Source of the DNA: Lepidodermella squamata | Taxonomy: Eukaryota; Animalia; Gastrotricha | Reading direction: 5' to 3' | Length of the DNA: 64,000 nt | NCBI GenBank assembly: GCA_047495785.1 | Contig: JBLDXI010000019.1 | Location: 930,001-994,000, forward strand | In this document: positions 22,944 through 35,490 of the stretch, piece after piece | How positions within the stretch are numbered: the stretch's first letter is position 1 | How the letters are laid out: each line of letters opens with the position of its first letter | Notes under the pieces: generated by a model | The model's database searches: none | Seen by the model: the letters and a program-made list of their open reading frames with translations, nothing else | Told to the model about the DNA's origin: nothing | Program-made: the position numbers and the translations under genes

Positions 22944-25262
22944 TCAAAATGCGTTCCGCGACAGAATCGAGCCAGATCCAACGCCCGACCCGGCGGCGAC
23001 CGGTGGCACAGGCGGTACGGAGGCGACCGAGTTCGACGATGCGCTGGCCTGCTGAGATGCCATTTGTTGCTGCTGGATAAACTGAAACAATTCCGAAGGA
23101 TCGACGTCCTTGTACTCGACGCGTTGTTCGCGGCGTTCGCGCTTCCAGTTCCGATAGTCGAAAACTTCGAAAATCCCGGCCTCGAACTCCTGCCCGCTCT
23201 GCGAAAGACCGTCGACGCGGGTTAGCCACATTTCTAAACGACGGTGGAAACGCCAGTTTCGCCGGCACAACTCGGCGGCGGCTGCTAATTGCAGCGCATC
23301 GCCTGGACAAGTGTAGAACAGGTAGAATAGAAGATCTTCGTGCGAAGTTCTCAGCGCAGCTGACGGCATAAGTTGCAGTTGTTGCTGTTGTTGAAGAGCT
23401 CGGTTTCCGAACCCGCCGAGACTCGCCCCCGAACTCTGCTCCCGCATCGCCGCCAGTTGCTGCTGTTGCTGACTGACGAGATACTCGGGCGGAACCGGGC
23501 AGTCCATGTCGTGAGGCCGCGAACCCGCAGCGTCGTGCCACGGCGAGGCGAACGACGTATGGAGCGGTTCGGGTGCGTTTAATCTCAATCCCAACTCAGT
23601 CAGAGCTAGACCGACCGCAATTGCAGACGACGCAGGGTCGAGCGCCGCAGACGGGGCTGTTTTCATAAACGAAAGCAAACCGACAAGACCGAACGCATCG
23701 GCGACCAGTCCCATCGGAATGTTCGAAACGCTTCCATCGCTGTCGACCAAAATTCCATTAGCATTAGCCGGGGAAGGCCCGCCAACACCGGCCAATAGGC
23801 CGGACGACGACTGGGAATGTTGCATTCCTGAGCTCGACTGCAGCTGAGTACTACTCCGACCACTAAGCGCGTTCATTCTACCCAACGACTGTTCCACCGT
23901 CGAGAAAGCTGACAGTGACGAACCAGATAAACCGTTGTCATTGCTATTGCCGGTCAAGTTATCGACCGACGTGCCCGAGCGGCTGGGGTTACCACTGCCG
24001 ATCAAACCCGCGCTGTTTTGAATGCCTTGAGAAGCAGACGAGGCAGTGACCGGCTTCAGAGCCGGGAAATCGTCTTCATCCATTCGAAACGCAGGTTGAG
24101 GAGGTTGCGGCAAGCCAGTCTCTCCTTGAGATTGCGTCGCCATTGCCGCCGCAGCAGCTGCCATGGCTAAATGATTCGTATATTGTTGCTGCTGTTGCTG
24201 GTGAAAACCAGCAAGTAGACTTGTGGCAAATGCCGCCGCATTAGGGACACCAGCGTTAGCAAACCGATTCGCCAAAACCGCTGCCGCCGCTGATTGAGCT
24301 TGAGTGAAGCCCGAAAATGCTGACGACGAGCCGATTCCCAGCGAATTGCTCGAATTTCCACTACCTGAACCAGGGGCTAATAATCGGGATGAAGATGTAC
24401 CAGACTGATTAGTCGACGAACCAGAACCAGACGTACCAGTTGATGCAAGCACAGGAAACTCCGATGGATCCATTAGCAGTCCACTGCTTCCACCAGTCGG
24501 TGGCCGCCTGATCATTGATGACTGACCACCAATCGCGTTGTTTTGCGACGTTGACGACGAGGAAGTGTTACCTGAGCCAAAAAGAGCTTGTCCAAAAGCT
24601 AAACGCTGTTGTTGCTGCTGTTGTTGTTGTAACGACGCAACCATCGCGGCAGTTGCGTTCATGGCAGAATTCAAGTTCGTACTACTGCCCGAGTTAGAGG
24701 AACTGCCACCGCCGATCGGAACGGACGTTGTGGACATTGGTTGCCTAAACATTCTATTAGGTGAAGATGCAGGCGGGGGCTGTTGCTGTTGTTGAAACAA
24801 AAGCGACTGCATAAACGAATTTCCACTATTACCACCGCTTCCACCCATAAGGGGAGGCGTTTGACGCTGCTGCTGCGGATTGAAATTCGGTAAAATGCTA
24901 CCTCCAAATGCACTGCCAGCCTGAGAGCGGGCGCTCTGGGCAGAGGAAGAAGATTGAGAAGACATTACGCCTGAATTAGATCCTAAAATCGGGAATGACA
25001 GTGCAGACTGGTTGAACAGGTTCGCTTGGCTAGGGGACATGGTAGCAGATGATTGTTGCTGGTTTTTAAAAGGCGTGTAGTTCGGCAGTTGGAGCAATTC
25101 TGGATCGAAATCTTCCAGGCCATCTCTCTTAGTTTTGAAACTTGACGAGCCAGAGCTTTGGTTTTGAGATGGCGGAAAAGAAAATGCGCCACCAGCTCTC
25201 AAAGATGTCAATACATCGCGTTGATCGAATGCATTCGATATTTTGTGCTGATTTAGGTCCAT
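22944..25262 (-). CDS. CNOT2: CCR4-NOT subunit 2 (Regena/NOT2); probable start at ATG 25262
   Basis: Low-complexity N-terminal region with EFPVL and DDFPAL motifs; NOT box DAFGLVGLLSF..LGLRLNAPEPLHTSFASPW..EDLLFYLFY..LQLAAAAELCRRNWRFH. Confidence 0.95.
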   Translation of the reverse strand: MDLNQHKISNAFDQRDVLTSLRAGGAFSFPPSQNQSSGSSSFKTKRDGLEDFDPELLQLPNYTPFKNQQQSSATMSPSQANLFNQSALSFPILGSNSGVMSSQSSSSAQSARSQAGSAFGGSILPNFNPQQQRQTPPLMGGSGGNSGNSFMQSLLFQQQQQPPPASSPNRMFRQPMSTTSVPIGGGSSSNSGSSTNLNSAMNATAAMVASLQQQQQQQQRLAFGQALFGSGNTSSSSTSQNNAIGGQSSMIRRPPTGGSSGLLMDPSEFPVLASTGTSGSGSSTNQSGTSSSRLLAPGSGSGNSSNSLGIGSSSAFSGFTQAQSAAAAVLANRFANAGVPNAAAFATSLLAGFHQQQQQQYTNHLAMAAAAAAMATQSQGETGLPQPPQPAFRMDEDDFPALKPVTASSASQGIQNSAGLIGSGNPSRSGTSVDNLTGNSNDNGLSGSSLSAFSTVEQSLGRMNALSGRSSTQLQSSSGMQHSQSSSGLLAGVGGPSPANANGILVDSDGSVSNIPMGLVADAFGLVGLLSFMKTAPSAALDPASSAIAVGLALTELGLRLNAPEPLHTSFASPWHDAAGSRPHDMDCPVPPEYLVSQQQQQLAAMREQSSGASLGGFGNRALQQQQQLQLMPSAALRTSHEDLLFYLFYTCPGDALQLAAAAELCRRNWRFHRRLEMWLTRVDGLSQSGQEFEAGIFEVFDYRNWKRERREQRVEYKDVDPSELFQFIQQQQMASQQASASSNSVASVPPVPPVAAGSGVGSGSILSRNAF

Positions 25263-26180
25263 TTTCAAATGGACACTATTAAAATTTATGAATTCTGTAC
25301 AATCTAACAAGTAATACAAAAGAATTGTATGTTGATCCACAGCAACTTGATGGATGCTCTGTTCAGGAATAAACCACGAATCAGTAAGCATCAAAAGAAT
25401 ACGACTTTAAGATATCATGGGTAAAATTCACTAACTAGATAGCATGTGAAATATGAAGAAATATGAAGCAGAGGATGAGGTAATTAATATTAAACTCGTC
25501 AATTTAAGATTGCAGGTAGACAGTTGCCAATAGCCTTCCACGGAACTAAAAGCGATCAGTTCTCCGAGATCAAATAATAATGTATTCTCCCAAATAGCAC
25601 GGGATACGGGTTGCAGAAGATTTAGCTTTGCTTCAGGCCACGAGCAACTCATTCAGAGAAGGCGCAAAGCCATTTTAGATAATTAGGTCATCGTCCAGAT
25701 TAAAGAGCTAAAGCGTTACCCACAAAATAAATTATACAACACATTCATAACTTAGAATTACCCATGCAGATTATTAACAGCAGAAAAGAAGTAGCCAGAC
25801 AACAATTGTCATCTCGATGATTAGCAATAGCAATTCGGATGAGAGAAACTACGATACGATAGCGTGAACCAAAGGGCGGTCAATTACTCAATTCGTTAAC
25901 GGCTAACGGTAAAAAGATGACTAATTGCCAGTGTGAACAATCTCATGAATGAAAATATTCCAAATTCTAGCTGATCTGGGACAAACCACTAGCAGCTAGC
26001 AACCAGCGCTTGCAACCTTAACGCTATCCGTCTGCTATTCTGCCGCTCGCCGATTGCCGACTCGACAAACTCGACATAAACTCTGCCAACTTCTTTGAAA
26101 AATCGAGCGAAATGACGATTCAAAAAATTCAAAAAATATCGCATAATAAAGTGTGCTCTTAATTAATGAAATTTTAAAAC

Positions 26181-26400
26181 ACAAGAATTACTGCTGATAA
26201 AAATAAGTTTTCGGCGAATCGACCTTGGGCGTCAACGACGCTAAAGAAGACGCGAGGAGAAGGCTTTTTTCTCTTACCGCGGCGCGAGCATCTGCACATC
26301 GACTATCATAAGCCTTCTCCTCGCGTCTTCATCTCTAGCGTCGTTGACGCCCAAGGTCGCTTCGCCTGAAAACTTCATTTTATCTGCAGTCCATTCTTGT
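26181..26400. repeat. Long imperfect inverted repeat (arms of about 86-91 nt, loop about 43 nt)
   Basis: Arm 26181-26266 is the reverse complement of 26310-26400, including perfect 23-bp (gaccttgggcgtcaacgacgcta) and 21-bp (gaagacgcgaggagaaggctt) blocks. Confidence 0.9.
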
Positions 26401-26639
26401 CTCTTCATCTTGAAATGGAACGGTTCATGGCGATGTTAATGGCGTGGAAGTAAAGTAAGATTTTGCGGCTTTCATTTTTGCTTATATCGTAGATCATTTC
26501 TTCGCTTGATTTTCAATCGTTAAATTCTCATTATATGTATTTGGTATTTGGCTGATATTATTCACTTCATCTTGAATCTAGTGAATCGGCAATCAGCTCA
26601 ATTTCCAATGCGGCTAATGACCAAGTCGGCGAAATTGAG

Positions 26640-27683
26640 ATGGAGGCTTTAGACATTGCATCTTCTGGTATCGTCATCGAGACTGCTACTAGAAAGCAGC
26701 CACGTCGCATGAAGCATGTGAAGCACCTGAATACTCTAACTATGATAACAAGCATATCTATTATGAGCTATGCTGGTGTTGCTATTCGCATGGGAATCGG
26801 GATCCTTTTTTCGTATGTGTATCGAAATTCCTCGCTGTATTTTGTCGTATGGGCAAATTTTCTGGGTGCTTTCATCATGGGTTTACTGGCTGACCACAAG
26901 GTTGCCTTAACAATGTATTACTCTCCTTTAGCCGTTGCTCTTCAGACTGGATTTTGTGGATCGTTGACGAGTTTTTCATCGGTCGTTGTCTCCGGATGCC
27001 GCCTAACTTTTGGTATAACTGATTGCAGCTTGTTTGTCAAAGAGCGTGTTGTTGTGTTTCTTCAAAATTACTTTTTCAACTTTTTTATTGCGTTTCAGTT
27101 ATTTTTATACGGAAAGCATATTTCGCACCAACCCTTTTGTGAGCGCATTAGCCGAAGAATGATCGAGACTGTCGATCGTGGGCACAGGGCTAATATATGC
27201 CTGGCCATGATTAACATTGCGTGTTTTTTGCTGCTGTCTCTCCTGCTGATACTGCTTGCAATTTTTATCCAAAAAAGTCGCGATATTACCATAGCCGTGC
27301 TTTTTGGGCCGTTTGGAGCTGTCACGCGATATTACATCGGTAAAAAGCTAAATCCTCGCTGCCCCTTGTTTCCTTTTGGAACCTTTACCGTTAACTTACT
27401 CGGTTCTTCAATATCTGCGGTAGCAGTTGCATCTTATACATACGTGTCCAGTGAATTCATTGACCCATCTCTAGTAACTATGTTTTTAGATGCTATTGTC
27501 AATGGCTTTTGCGGCGCTTTAACTACCGTATCTACCTTCGTTGCCGAGATACATCTTCTTCCAAATCTTAAAACTTCCAGCTTATATGCAATGGCTTCCC
27601 TGCTGTGTGCTCAATGCCTTGCGTTTTTTCCTTTCATAATGTTCCACTCTCTTGCCGAACATGTGCCAAAGCTATATTGCTAG
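26640..27683 (+). CDS. FEX: Fluoride exporter FEX (two fused Fluc/CrcB domains)
   Basis: ANFLGAFIMG..GFCGSLTSFS in domain 1; GPFGAVTRY..GTFTVNLLGS..GFCGALTTVSTF in domain 2; multi-pass membrane protein. Confidence 0.93.
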   Translation: MEALDIASSGIVIETATRKQPRRMKHVKHLNTLTMITSISIMSYAGVAIRMGIGILFSYVYRNSSLYFVVWANFLGAFIMGLLADHKVALTMYYSPLAVALQTGFCGSLTSFSSVVVSGCRLTFGITDCSLFVKERVVVFLQNYFFNFFIAFQLFLYGKHISHQPFCERISRRMIETVDRGHRANICLAMINIACFLLLSLLLILLAIFIQKSRDITIAVLFGPFGAVTRYYIGKKLNPRCPLFPFGTFTVNLLGSSISAVAVASYTYVSSEFIDPSLVTMFLDAIVNGFCGALTTVSTFVAEIHLLPNLKTSSLYAMASLLCAQCLAFFPFIMFHSLAEHVPKLYC

Positions 27684-28203
27684 ATACGTTGTTGATAATA
27701 CATCGGAAATGGGAATGAATGATCGCTTCTATTTTTTCCGTGGCACAATGAGAATGAATAATGGAGATTTTTTATTTAGTTGCTGATTTATAGGAAATAA
27801 AATGACAGTCTTTGTTGCTAGAATGCTACCACGAATACATAAACATGCCCGAAGATACATAGGAGACGCGGTTTGGGCGTTGTTACACGTTGACTGAAAT
27901 CTTTTATGGGTGTGTTTACTCTAAGAGATGCGATGCTATTTACCTTGTATAGCCAACTCATCACTCCGTGATAATGGACATGGCTGGGCGTGCCATTGGC
28001 GAAACGAATAAACAAACTAGCCATGCGTTGATGTACTAGTCAAGCCAAGGTTACCATATTTACCAGTGTTAGTAGTATTTGTGGCACAGGTATTGTGACG
28101 TGTAGCTCACCCAGCGAAAAGTTGCATCATTAAGTATCGCATTTTTCTGTCTTGATTTAGTGTTGTTTAAATGGTGTGCTAATTTCTCCGCTTTCATCTC
28201 GTT

Positions 28204-30908
28204 ATGTCTCCCGCCGTCAAAACGAAAGAATTTGACGATAACGTCGTTTTCGAAGACGACGGAACTGCTTTCTCGCCATCCGAGACCGAATTTGCTGTCG
28301 TGCAGTGCGAGCCTGTTTTTTCGCTGACTCGTCTATGGAATGCGTTGCTGTGGCTAGGCCTCGCTGTCGGTGCTACCACGTTCGGCGTTTATCACGCGTG
28401 GCTCATGTATAATGTGCACGAAGCGCAAACCAATTTCTCTCACATAACGGTAAGTCTTGATCGATAGTACATCATTGCATTGATTATTCACGCTCGAAGC
28501 CTCAGTAGTTAGTTGCTACTTATTGTCAAACCAAGCATTGTGGTCGTTTACATTTCTTACTTACGCATCTTTATTCTAACTAAAATGGGCATTGTGGGAA
28601 TTGCTTTAGCGTTGATGATATTCAATCGGAAGCCTAAGAAAGTTAATCGCGACATAGCTCGGCAACAGCAACTTATTGCTAAAAAGCCACCCAAGCCAGA
28701 CAGGCCGTTATGTACAGCCTATCGTTTACTAGTTTTTATGTGTGGCATTCTGGTCGGTTTTTTCTATTTCGATAAACTTCTGGATAATTTAGATGGCGTA
28801 GAAGGATCGGTAAAAATTTGAGCGAAAACGATACTCATGGTTTTATTTTGAATTTTCAGACCATCGAACGTGAGATCAGCTTTCGAACCGAGTGCGGCTT
28901 CTATTATTCGTATTACAAGAGGCTTGTGAAAGCCACATCGCTCATTCAGGGCATCAAAGACTTGACTGAAGATACTCTTGCCGAACACCCAAACACAGTG
29001 AATGCGCTGGCTCGATTCAACATCCACCCTGAGGTCGTCCTCGCTTTCTTCTACCGAATTTTCGGCGATAAAACTGAAGATCCAATCATGTTTTACACGC
29101 GATGGGTCTGGTTCTTGCAGGGCGTTCAAGCGTTTGCCCTGTTCGTTTTCGCCACGATATTTTGCCGAAGCCTCGTTGGCGGTTTTCTCACCGCCCTAAT
29201 GTTTAGCCACATGCGCCCGTTTGCTACACGAGCCTTCTTCACGGTTTCGTTGCGAGAAAATTTTTCCATGCCCTTTTTCTGGCTGCGCTTGCTGTTTTTG
29301 ACAATCATGTTCCGATCGCCGAAAAAGGGCAAAGAACGGACTTTCTGCATGGCCGGGCTGCTTTTCACGACGTTTTGCTTCTCTTCTAGCTGGCAACTTT
29401 CGCCTTTCCTTCTCTTCGCTCAAGGCTTGCCGTTGTACGGCGGCGCGTTGTTGAATGCCCTTGACATGACAACCGTCGAAACTGTACTGTGTTGTGATGC
29501 TTCGATCTTATTCATCGTCGGACTGCTTCATTTCGCCTATCCGTTATTCCTGTCATCGCCAGCGATCACGTGCACGTTATTGGTGATGCTATCGAACCGA
29601 TTTGTACCGCCACCTCCCGCTACAAAGCGCCGATTTTGGTCGTCATTTTTCCGATGTGTCGTTATTGTTGTGGCTGGCGTGTTATCGTCTGGCTTTATCA
29701 AGTCAACGCTAGGGGTAGCTGATGATAACCATGTTTTCAAGCTGTTCCTAGCTAAATTTGGCATTGCTTATCACCACGATTTCGACGTTAACATGTATCT
29801 GGCCTCGTCTGTTTTCCGCGCTCAACAGCCCTCGTTTTTCCTAGACTTGACGTTCGGAGCGTTCTTCTTATTCCCGATTTACCTCGGCTGCCATGTTATA
29901 TTCTCACTCGGAATATTGAAAGTTTTCGAAATGACGACATCAGGCGTGTATTTATCGGAATACGAGGCTAAGAAGAAGGATTTAGACGAGCAGCAACTGG
30001 CGGAAATGTCTAAACAACACCCGCCTAGTTTGCTGGCAGTTCTTCTGTTGAAGCGACCTGAATTATCGGCAAATGCCCTGATTTGCATTCCAATGGCCTT
30101 TCTAGGCGTCTACATTCAACGACTTCAACTGTTATGGACGCCTCACATGTGCATTTTCTACTCTTGGGTCATTGCTACCCCAGCGTTGTATACCCTGTTG
30201 CCGCTGCCTATCGCTTTGAAGAAATGGATACCGAGATTGATGCGATTTGCCCTGCCGATTTTCATCATGTTGATAATAATTTCGGGTTACGTTCCAGCGA
30301 TCAAGTCGGAAATGAGCGTCGAGCGTCGCCAAACTTTTTCCGACCCTGATACTGTCGCTATGATGGATTGGATCATTAAAAAGAGCCGTCCGAACGGCGT
30401 TTTCACGGGGTCAATGCAACTTATGTCGGCGATTATGTTGTCAACGGGCCGGCCAATCACCAACCACCCGCATTACGAGAATGGCGATTTGAGGGAGAAA
30501 ACGAAAATTTTGTACCGAGCTATTTACGGCCGTTCGAAAATCTCTGAAACCTACAAAGTTATGCGGGATTTGTACGGCGTTGATTACATTGTCGTCGAGC
30601 CGAATATTTGTTTCATGCCGAACGAGGGGCATCCATTTGCGGCTTTCCGCTTAGTTGATATGATCGACCAGGCCGATGGCTTCCAGCCGGAAGAGGGACC
30701 TTATTCCGGCGATCCTAGGCTGAAACCGCCTGCCGATCCGGAGAATCCGAAACGCCAAAAGCCGTTCTGCCATGCCGTTTTCCCGGGTCAAGATGAAAAT
30801 CTGGTTCACGTTGTTGACGCCGGGCTGACGGGCGAAGTGGCTCGTCATCCTAAATTTAAGCGAGTCTTCAAAAATCCGACGTTCATTATCTATGAAGTTC
30901 TTCAGTAG
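28204..30908 (+). CDS. DPY19L: C-mannosyltransferase DPY19-like (exons 28204-28449, 28860-30908)
   Basis: FSHIT|TIEREISFRTECGFYYSYYK, LARFNIHPEV, LRENFSMPF and RPITNHPHYE motifs. Confidence 0.95.
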
Positions 30909-31703
30909 AGAAATTGAATTCATTCAAAAGTGCCAGAATCAAAGTGAAATTAAATCTCATCGTGTTGTGAATGATAGCAAAGAGTTTGCCCTTCATAGAC
31001 GCACCGCTCACTTCTACCGTTGTTTCGAGACTATTCTTTCTTTGAGATACTGAAAAAAAATCACGTAAAAAAATAATAACGATTACAGAAGGATATCTCT
31101 AACTCAACACCTGTGATCTGTGATATATTATTTCGATCAAAATTTCTATCAAAAAAAAGTCAGTCGCTCTTCCGTTTTAAACGATCAAAACATTCTATAT
31201 AACTTTGTGCTTGAAAAAAATATATTATTATTATTATAGCTTTGTTTCGAAAAATTTTCCATGATATCTCATCTGATATTGAATATTTATGTATGTATAA
31301 TCTATCTGTTTGCTGTTGCTTTTCACATCGAGTAATCGAAGATCTCTTGTTCTATACATTCATATAGAAGTATGTTTTACACAATAAAAAAGCACTTGCA
31401 AAGCATTCCAGGCCTTGTTATTTACTTTCGCCAAGCTCTTTCCAAGATATCAAAAAATTAAATCAAGATCGCATATCGGAAAAAACTCAGGAATATTTCT
31501 GTTTTTTTTTTCTGTTTCAAATCGAGAATCCAAACAAATTAGTAAAACCGTGATTGCATTATCATCCTGAATTTAGCAATCACTCAAAAAATTCAATTTT
31601 CTAACGTTAAAAAAATGTGACGTCGTAATATATATAGCGCATGTTTGACTTCTCGACAATAATTTAGTCTAATCGAGGCATTATTATTTCAATGAATCAT
31701 TTT

Positions 31704-32625
31704 TCAGTAAAGCGAATGTTGCTGGGGTTGAGCGATCATTCCGGGCGGAAGGGGCGAGGTATTGTCGGGTGGTGCATGGTGGTGCATCGTCATCAGAGGT
31801 CCCGCTTGAGCTGCTGCCGCGTGAAGATGATAGTCTTTTTCACACCAAATTTGGTTGTTGATCATGACGAAGCTCGAGCCTTTCACCAGCCTGAAGTAGT
31901 CGCAATATTAGGTTTAGTAAAGCATGATGACCCAGCTTAATTTATATCACGTACCTCTGACGGCATAGGTAACAAGCGAAGCAGTCTGAGTGGTATTTGA
32001 GATCGTGTATACTGGTCACCCAGTCACTGGGGTGGAGCGGGCGAAAACAGGCGTTGCAAGAGCTACTTGTGTTGCTGTTATTTCTATGCAGGTTGAACGC
32101 GTGCTGTTGTTTGAAGAGCGCGTAGTCTTTCTCGCACAGTAGATTGGCGCCGTTGCGGTTGCGATAGCACTTGCTGCCGACTTCGATCAACGGCAAGCGG
32201 CAGCTGGTGCATCTCAAACACGCCTCGTGGTAATGGAGGCCGGCCACGACTAGCATATACCTCGAGTAGATGGGTTCTTGGCAAACAGCGCACGTACTGG
32301 CGATGGGCGGGCCGGTCGCGCCCGCCGGTTCCACCCAGTTCTGCTGCACAGGATCAGCCCCTGATGAGTCAACAAGGTACCGGCCTTGTTGCATGACGTA
32401 GACATTCTCTGACACGGATGAGCGTAGTGGCTCGTCGTTAGTCGCTGACAGCAAATCATCATTTTTAATTGGCAGGTAGTCATTCGCCACAGATGAAGGC
32501 TGACTCGATGTCAGCAACCCGTTCGGTGATAAGTTCGAAGAGTTGTTCTCCTGTTTCAGCAAGTTACTGAGTGGCGAGACGCCGGAGTAAGCTAGCGAGT
32601 TGTCGACAGGAAGGCACGATGCCAT
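31704..32625 (-). CDS. Two-LIM-domain protein, no homeodomain seen (LMO-like) (exons 32625-31955, 31890-31704)
   Basis: CAVC..YHEACLRCTSC..LCEKDY and CNAC..YHSDCFACYLCRQR|LVKG..WCEKDY. Confidence 0.85.
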
Positions 32626-35490
32626 GATTCAGCAGCAGAAACACGCAAACTCGCCCAGTTATTTCTTTAAAATCTACCATAACAAAAGTGCATGATTCAG
32701 TAAAAGGCTTCATGAATGCGGATTTTTTCAAGCGCGCAGATTCAAGAGCTATTTTGAAGGTGCAGCTCAATTTATACGTTAATTCTGCGTTAAAAGGCTT
32801 ATATACCTATAAATTAAGCAGAAAAACAATCAACACACAGGCAAAGAGCCTTTATAATTCGCTTTTGTAAAATACAAAGCAGTAAAATATGTTTGAGTAG
32901 CTATTTGGTGGGCTCATCTGCCGTATAATTTGATTCGTAATTACTTTTTTACAAATAAAAAATAAATTAAATAAATAGGCTTTTTTACACAACACCTGAG
33001 AAGCCATTATATCGTGCCCAAATGAGCACGAGCGGCTTTTGACAAATTGACATTTTTTGGCTATGGTTAAAAGCATTAATTGATATTACCGTCCATATAT
33101 ACATTTAACTACAGCTTTCAATTTGCGCTAAAATCTCTTCAAACTTTCAAAAATTGAAGTTATATCTAAATAAATAATCAAAAACGATTAACGTTAATTG
33201 TTTATGATAATTTGACTATATAATACGTCTGCTGCAGATAGAAAGAAGATTAACTGACCTTAATTTCCACGCTACTTGCACGTTGAGCGGTTTAATCCAC
33301 CGTTTGATGTAATGCGGCATATAATTATATTATTTTCGGTGAAAAATAATAATTTTTAATGGCTTTGCGGCGATAATGAATTATAACGCGCTACCTTTAT
33401 ATTATTTTAAAGGTAGTGCTATGTATAAGCTGAGCCGAAAACAGTGGTGATGTGGCGAGTGATGAATGATGGCGATAGCGCGGGCTCAATGTCTTTCGGG
33501 ACTCGAAAAAGCAATTATCTAGGATCTCTTGTGACCAGAGAGGCATAGCGCATATATTTTAGCATTCCTCAATTTACCTTACTCCATCAGGTTTCAAAAT
33601 TATATCACAAACAACAAGTTCGCTCGCGGCCATTATTGCCGGACACATTTAAAAGTGCCCTTCAATCCATTAACGGTCACGCCGAATCTACAAAAAAAAT
33701 ACTGATGGGTCGAAACGATTATTCATGTGCCTATATAAAAATTGTTCGCAAAAACACCAGAATTTGCGAACAAATTTATACTCAATGTTCAAAGTGTGCG
33801 TTTCTTACATGGAGCGCTAAATTATAGATGCGAAAGAAGCAATTATGGGGAGAAAAATATAACGTGGAAGAAGATGCCCGTAGAGCATGGCTGCACCTTT
33901 GTTGCAAGCAGAACCAAGGTGACTACGAAATTAATTTCTACCGATTTAATTGCTTTCCGCGTGATCTCTCTCGCGTGTCGAACAATACTTATTACTATAT
34001 GAGGCCGAAAAATAATAGAATTCATAATTATAATAGCGAAAATATTGCTATTTCTGATTAAAACTTATTACAGCCGTCGACAGCGGCGGTAAAAGCCGAT
34101 GTCTCGTACACACCTTACGCGCGCTTATAAATTTTACACGAGCCGAGGTAAAAGGCCTGGCCTGCCAACAGCAGAAAAAGTGGTTTCGTAGGCTTATTAC
34201 AAAACAACAGGAAACAATGACGGAAAAACACTATTCACCCAATCACCTTGCGTCCTATGTCGCACTAAACATGCATGTTTTATAAATTCGAAGTATATGA
34301 CTGATGCACGTGCGACTGCTACGGATAGCTGGCGTTTATTTATGCGCGTCGCAAGGACGAAATACTTGCAGTAAAAGATATTAGCATGAAAATTTGATGC
34401 CTTAAAAGATGTCCATATTTCAAACCGGAAAGAAATGTCGGCTGAATAAATAATCAGCCTGAGCAATCGTAAATAATGAGCAGAAAAAAATTGTCAAATA
34501 ATAATGAAATATATTAGGGTACCAGCACGCTTCCATTTTCAAAGGCCAGCTAAAGCATTGCACTGCTATTTTGCGTTAAACAAGGATGCGTGAATGTGCG
34601 GATATTGCGGTGAAAATAAACGTAGCCAATTTACGAGAGCTTCTTATCTGTTATTTGCTATGCTATATGTTATGCTCCACTTGTGAGTAGCGTTTCAACC
34701 TTGTGCTGGCAATGGATAATGCAACTCGCCACCGCACACGATTCGTAGTAGTAATGTGCCCTCATATACTGTCTCCACGCTTGTATTAGTGGCCGGTTTT
34801 TGTTAATTATCGCATGCTACTGATAAAATATCTTCGCCACAGAATAATTGCCTGGTTCGTAATTTAAATTCTTTTCATAATTTTCATTCGCTAATTACAT
34901 TTACCAACTCATGTAAACAATGCTCAGCCCACAGTTATTTTCCATAGGGACTTGCAGCGAAAAAAAAACAACAGTATCTTCAATTATCTTTTCAATTTAT
35001 TTTTATAATTAAAGATGAACAGGTAGATTGATACGTTTTTTTCACAGATTTTTAGTAGCAAAGTTTACGCACGCCAGAATATCTTTCTTTCAAAGAAGCA
35101 CATTTCGCGTTTACTCACAATATGCCTCATTTTTTCAGCCGAAATTAAATACAGTTCAATTGTTAATAATCGGCCAGAATCTCTTTCTCAAATCTTGGCC
35201 GCGTTAAATCAATCTTTTCAACAACGTCGATTATAACGAAATCATACACGAAAAAGATGTCATTGTCAAAAGCCGCGAGAGATGAGTAAGAAAACTACAA
35301 AAAGCACACAGTACAAGGAAATGGACGCATCTCCTCATTGCGAAATGCCAATATTACGTGTTTGTTCCCATCAAAATAAATTAAATATCATGTTAAAACA
35401 AAACAATTTAGCGCTTGGATACACATCGAGTAAGCATAACCAATATCGGGGTCTCAGAGTGTGAAAGCATTGCATTTACGATTACCATCA

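Noticed and set aside
26400-26640. Fluoride riboswitch upstream of FEX (GGCGATG at about 26429, GCTAATGAC at about 26613)
   Set aside because: The fragments are about 180 nt apart and lack the required P1 and pseudoknot pairings.
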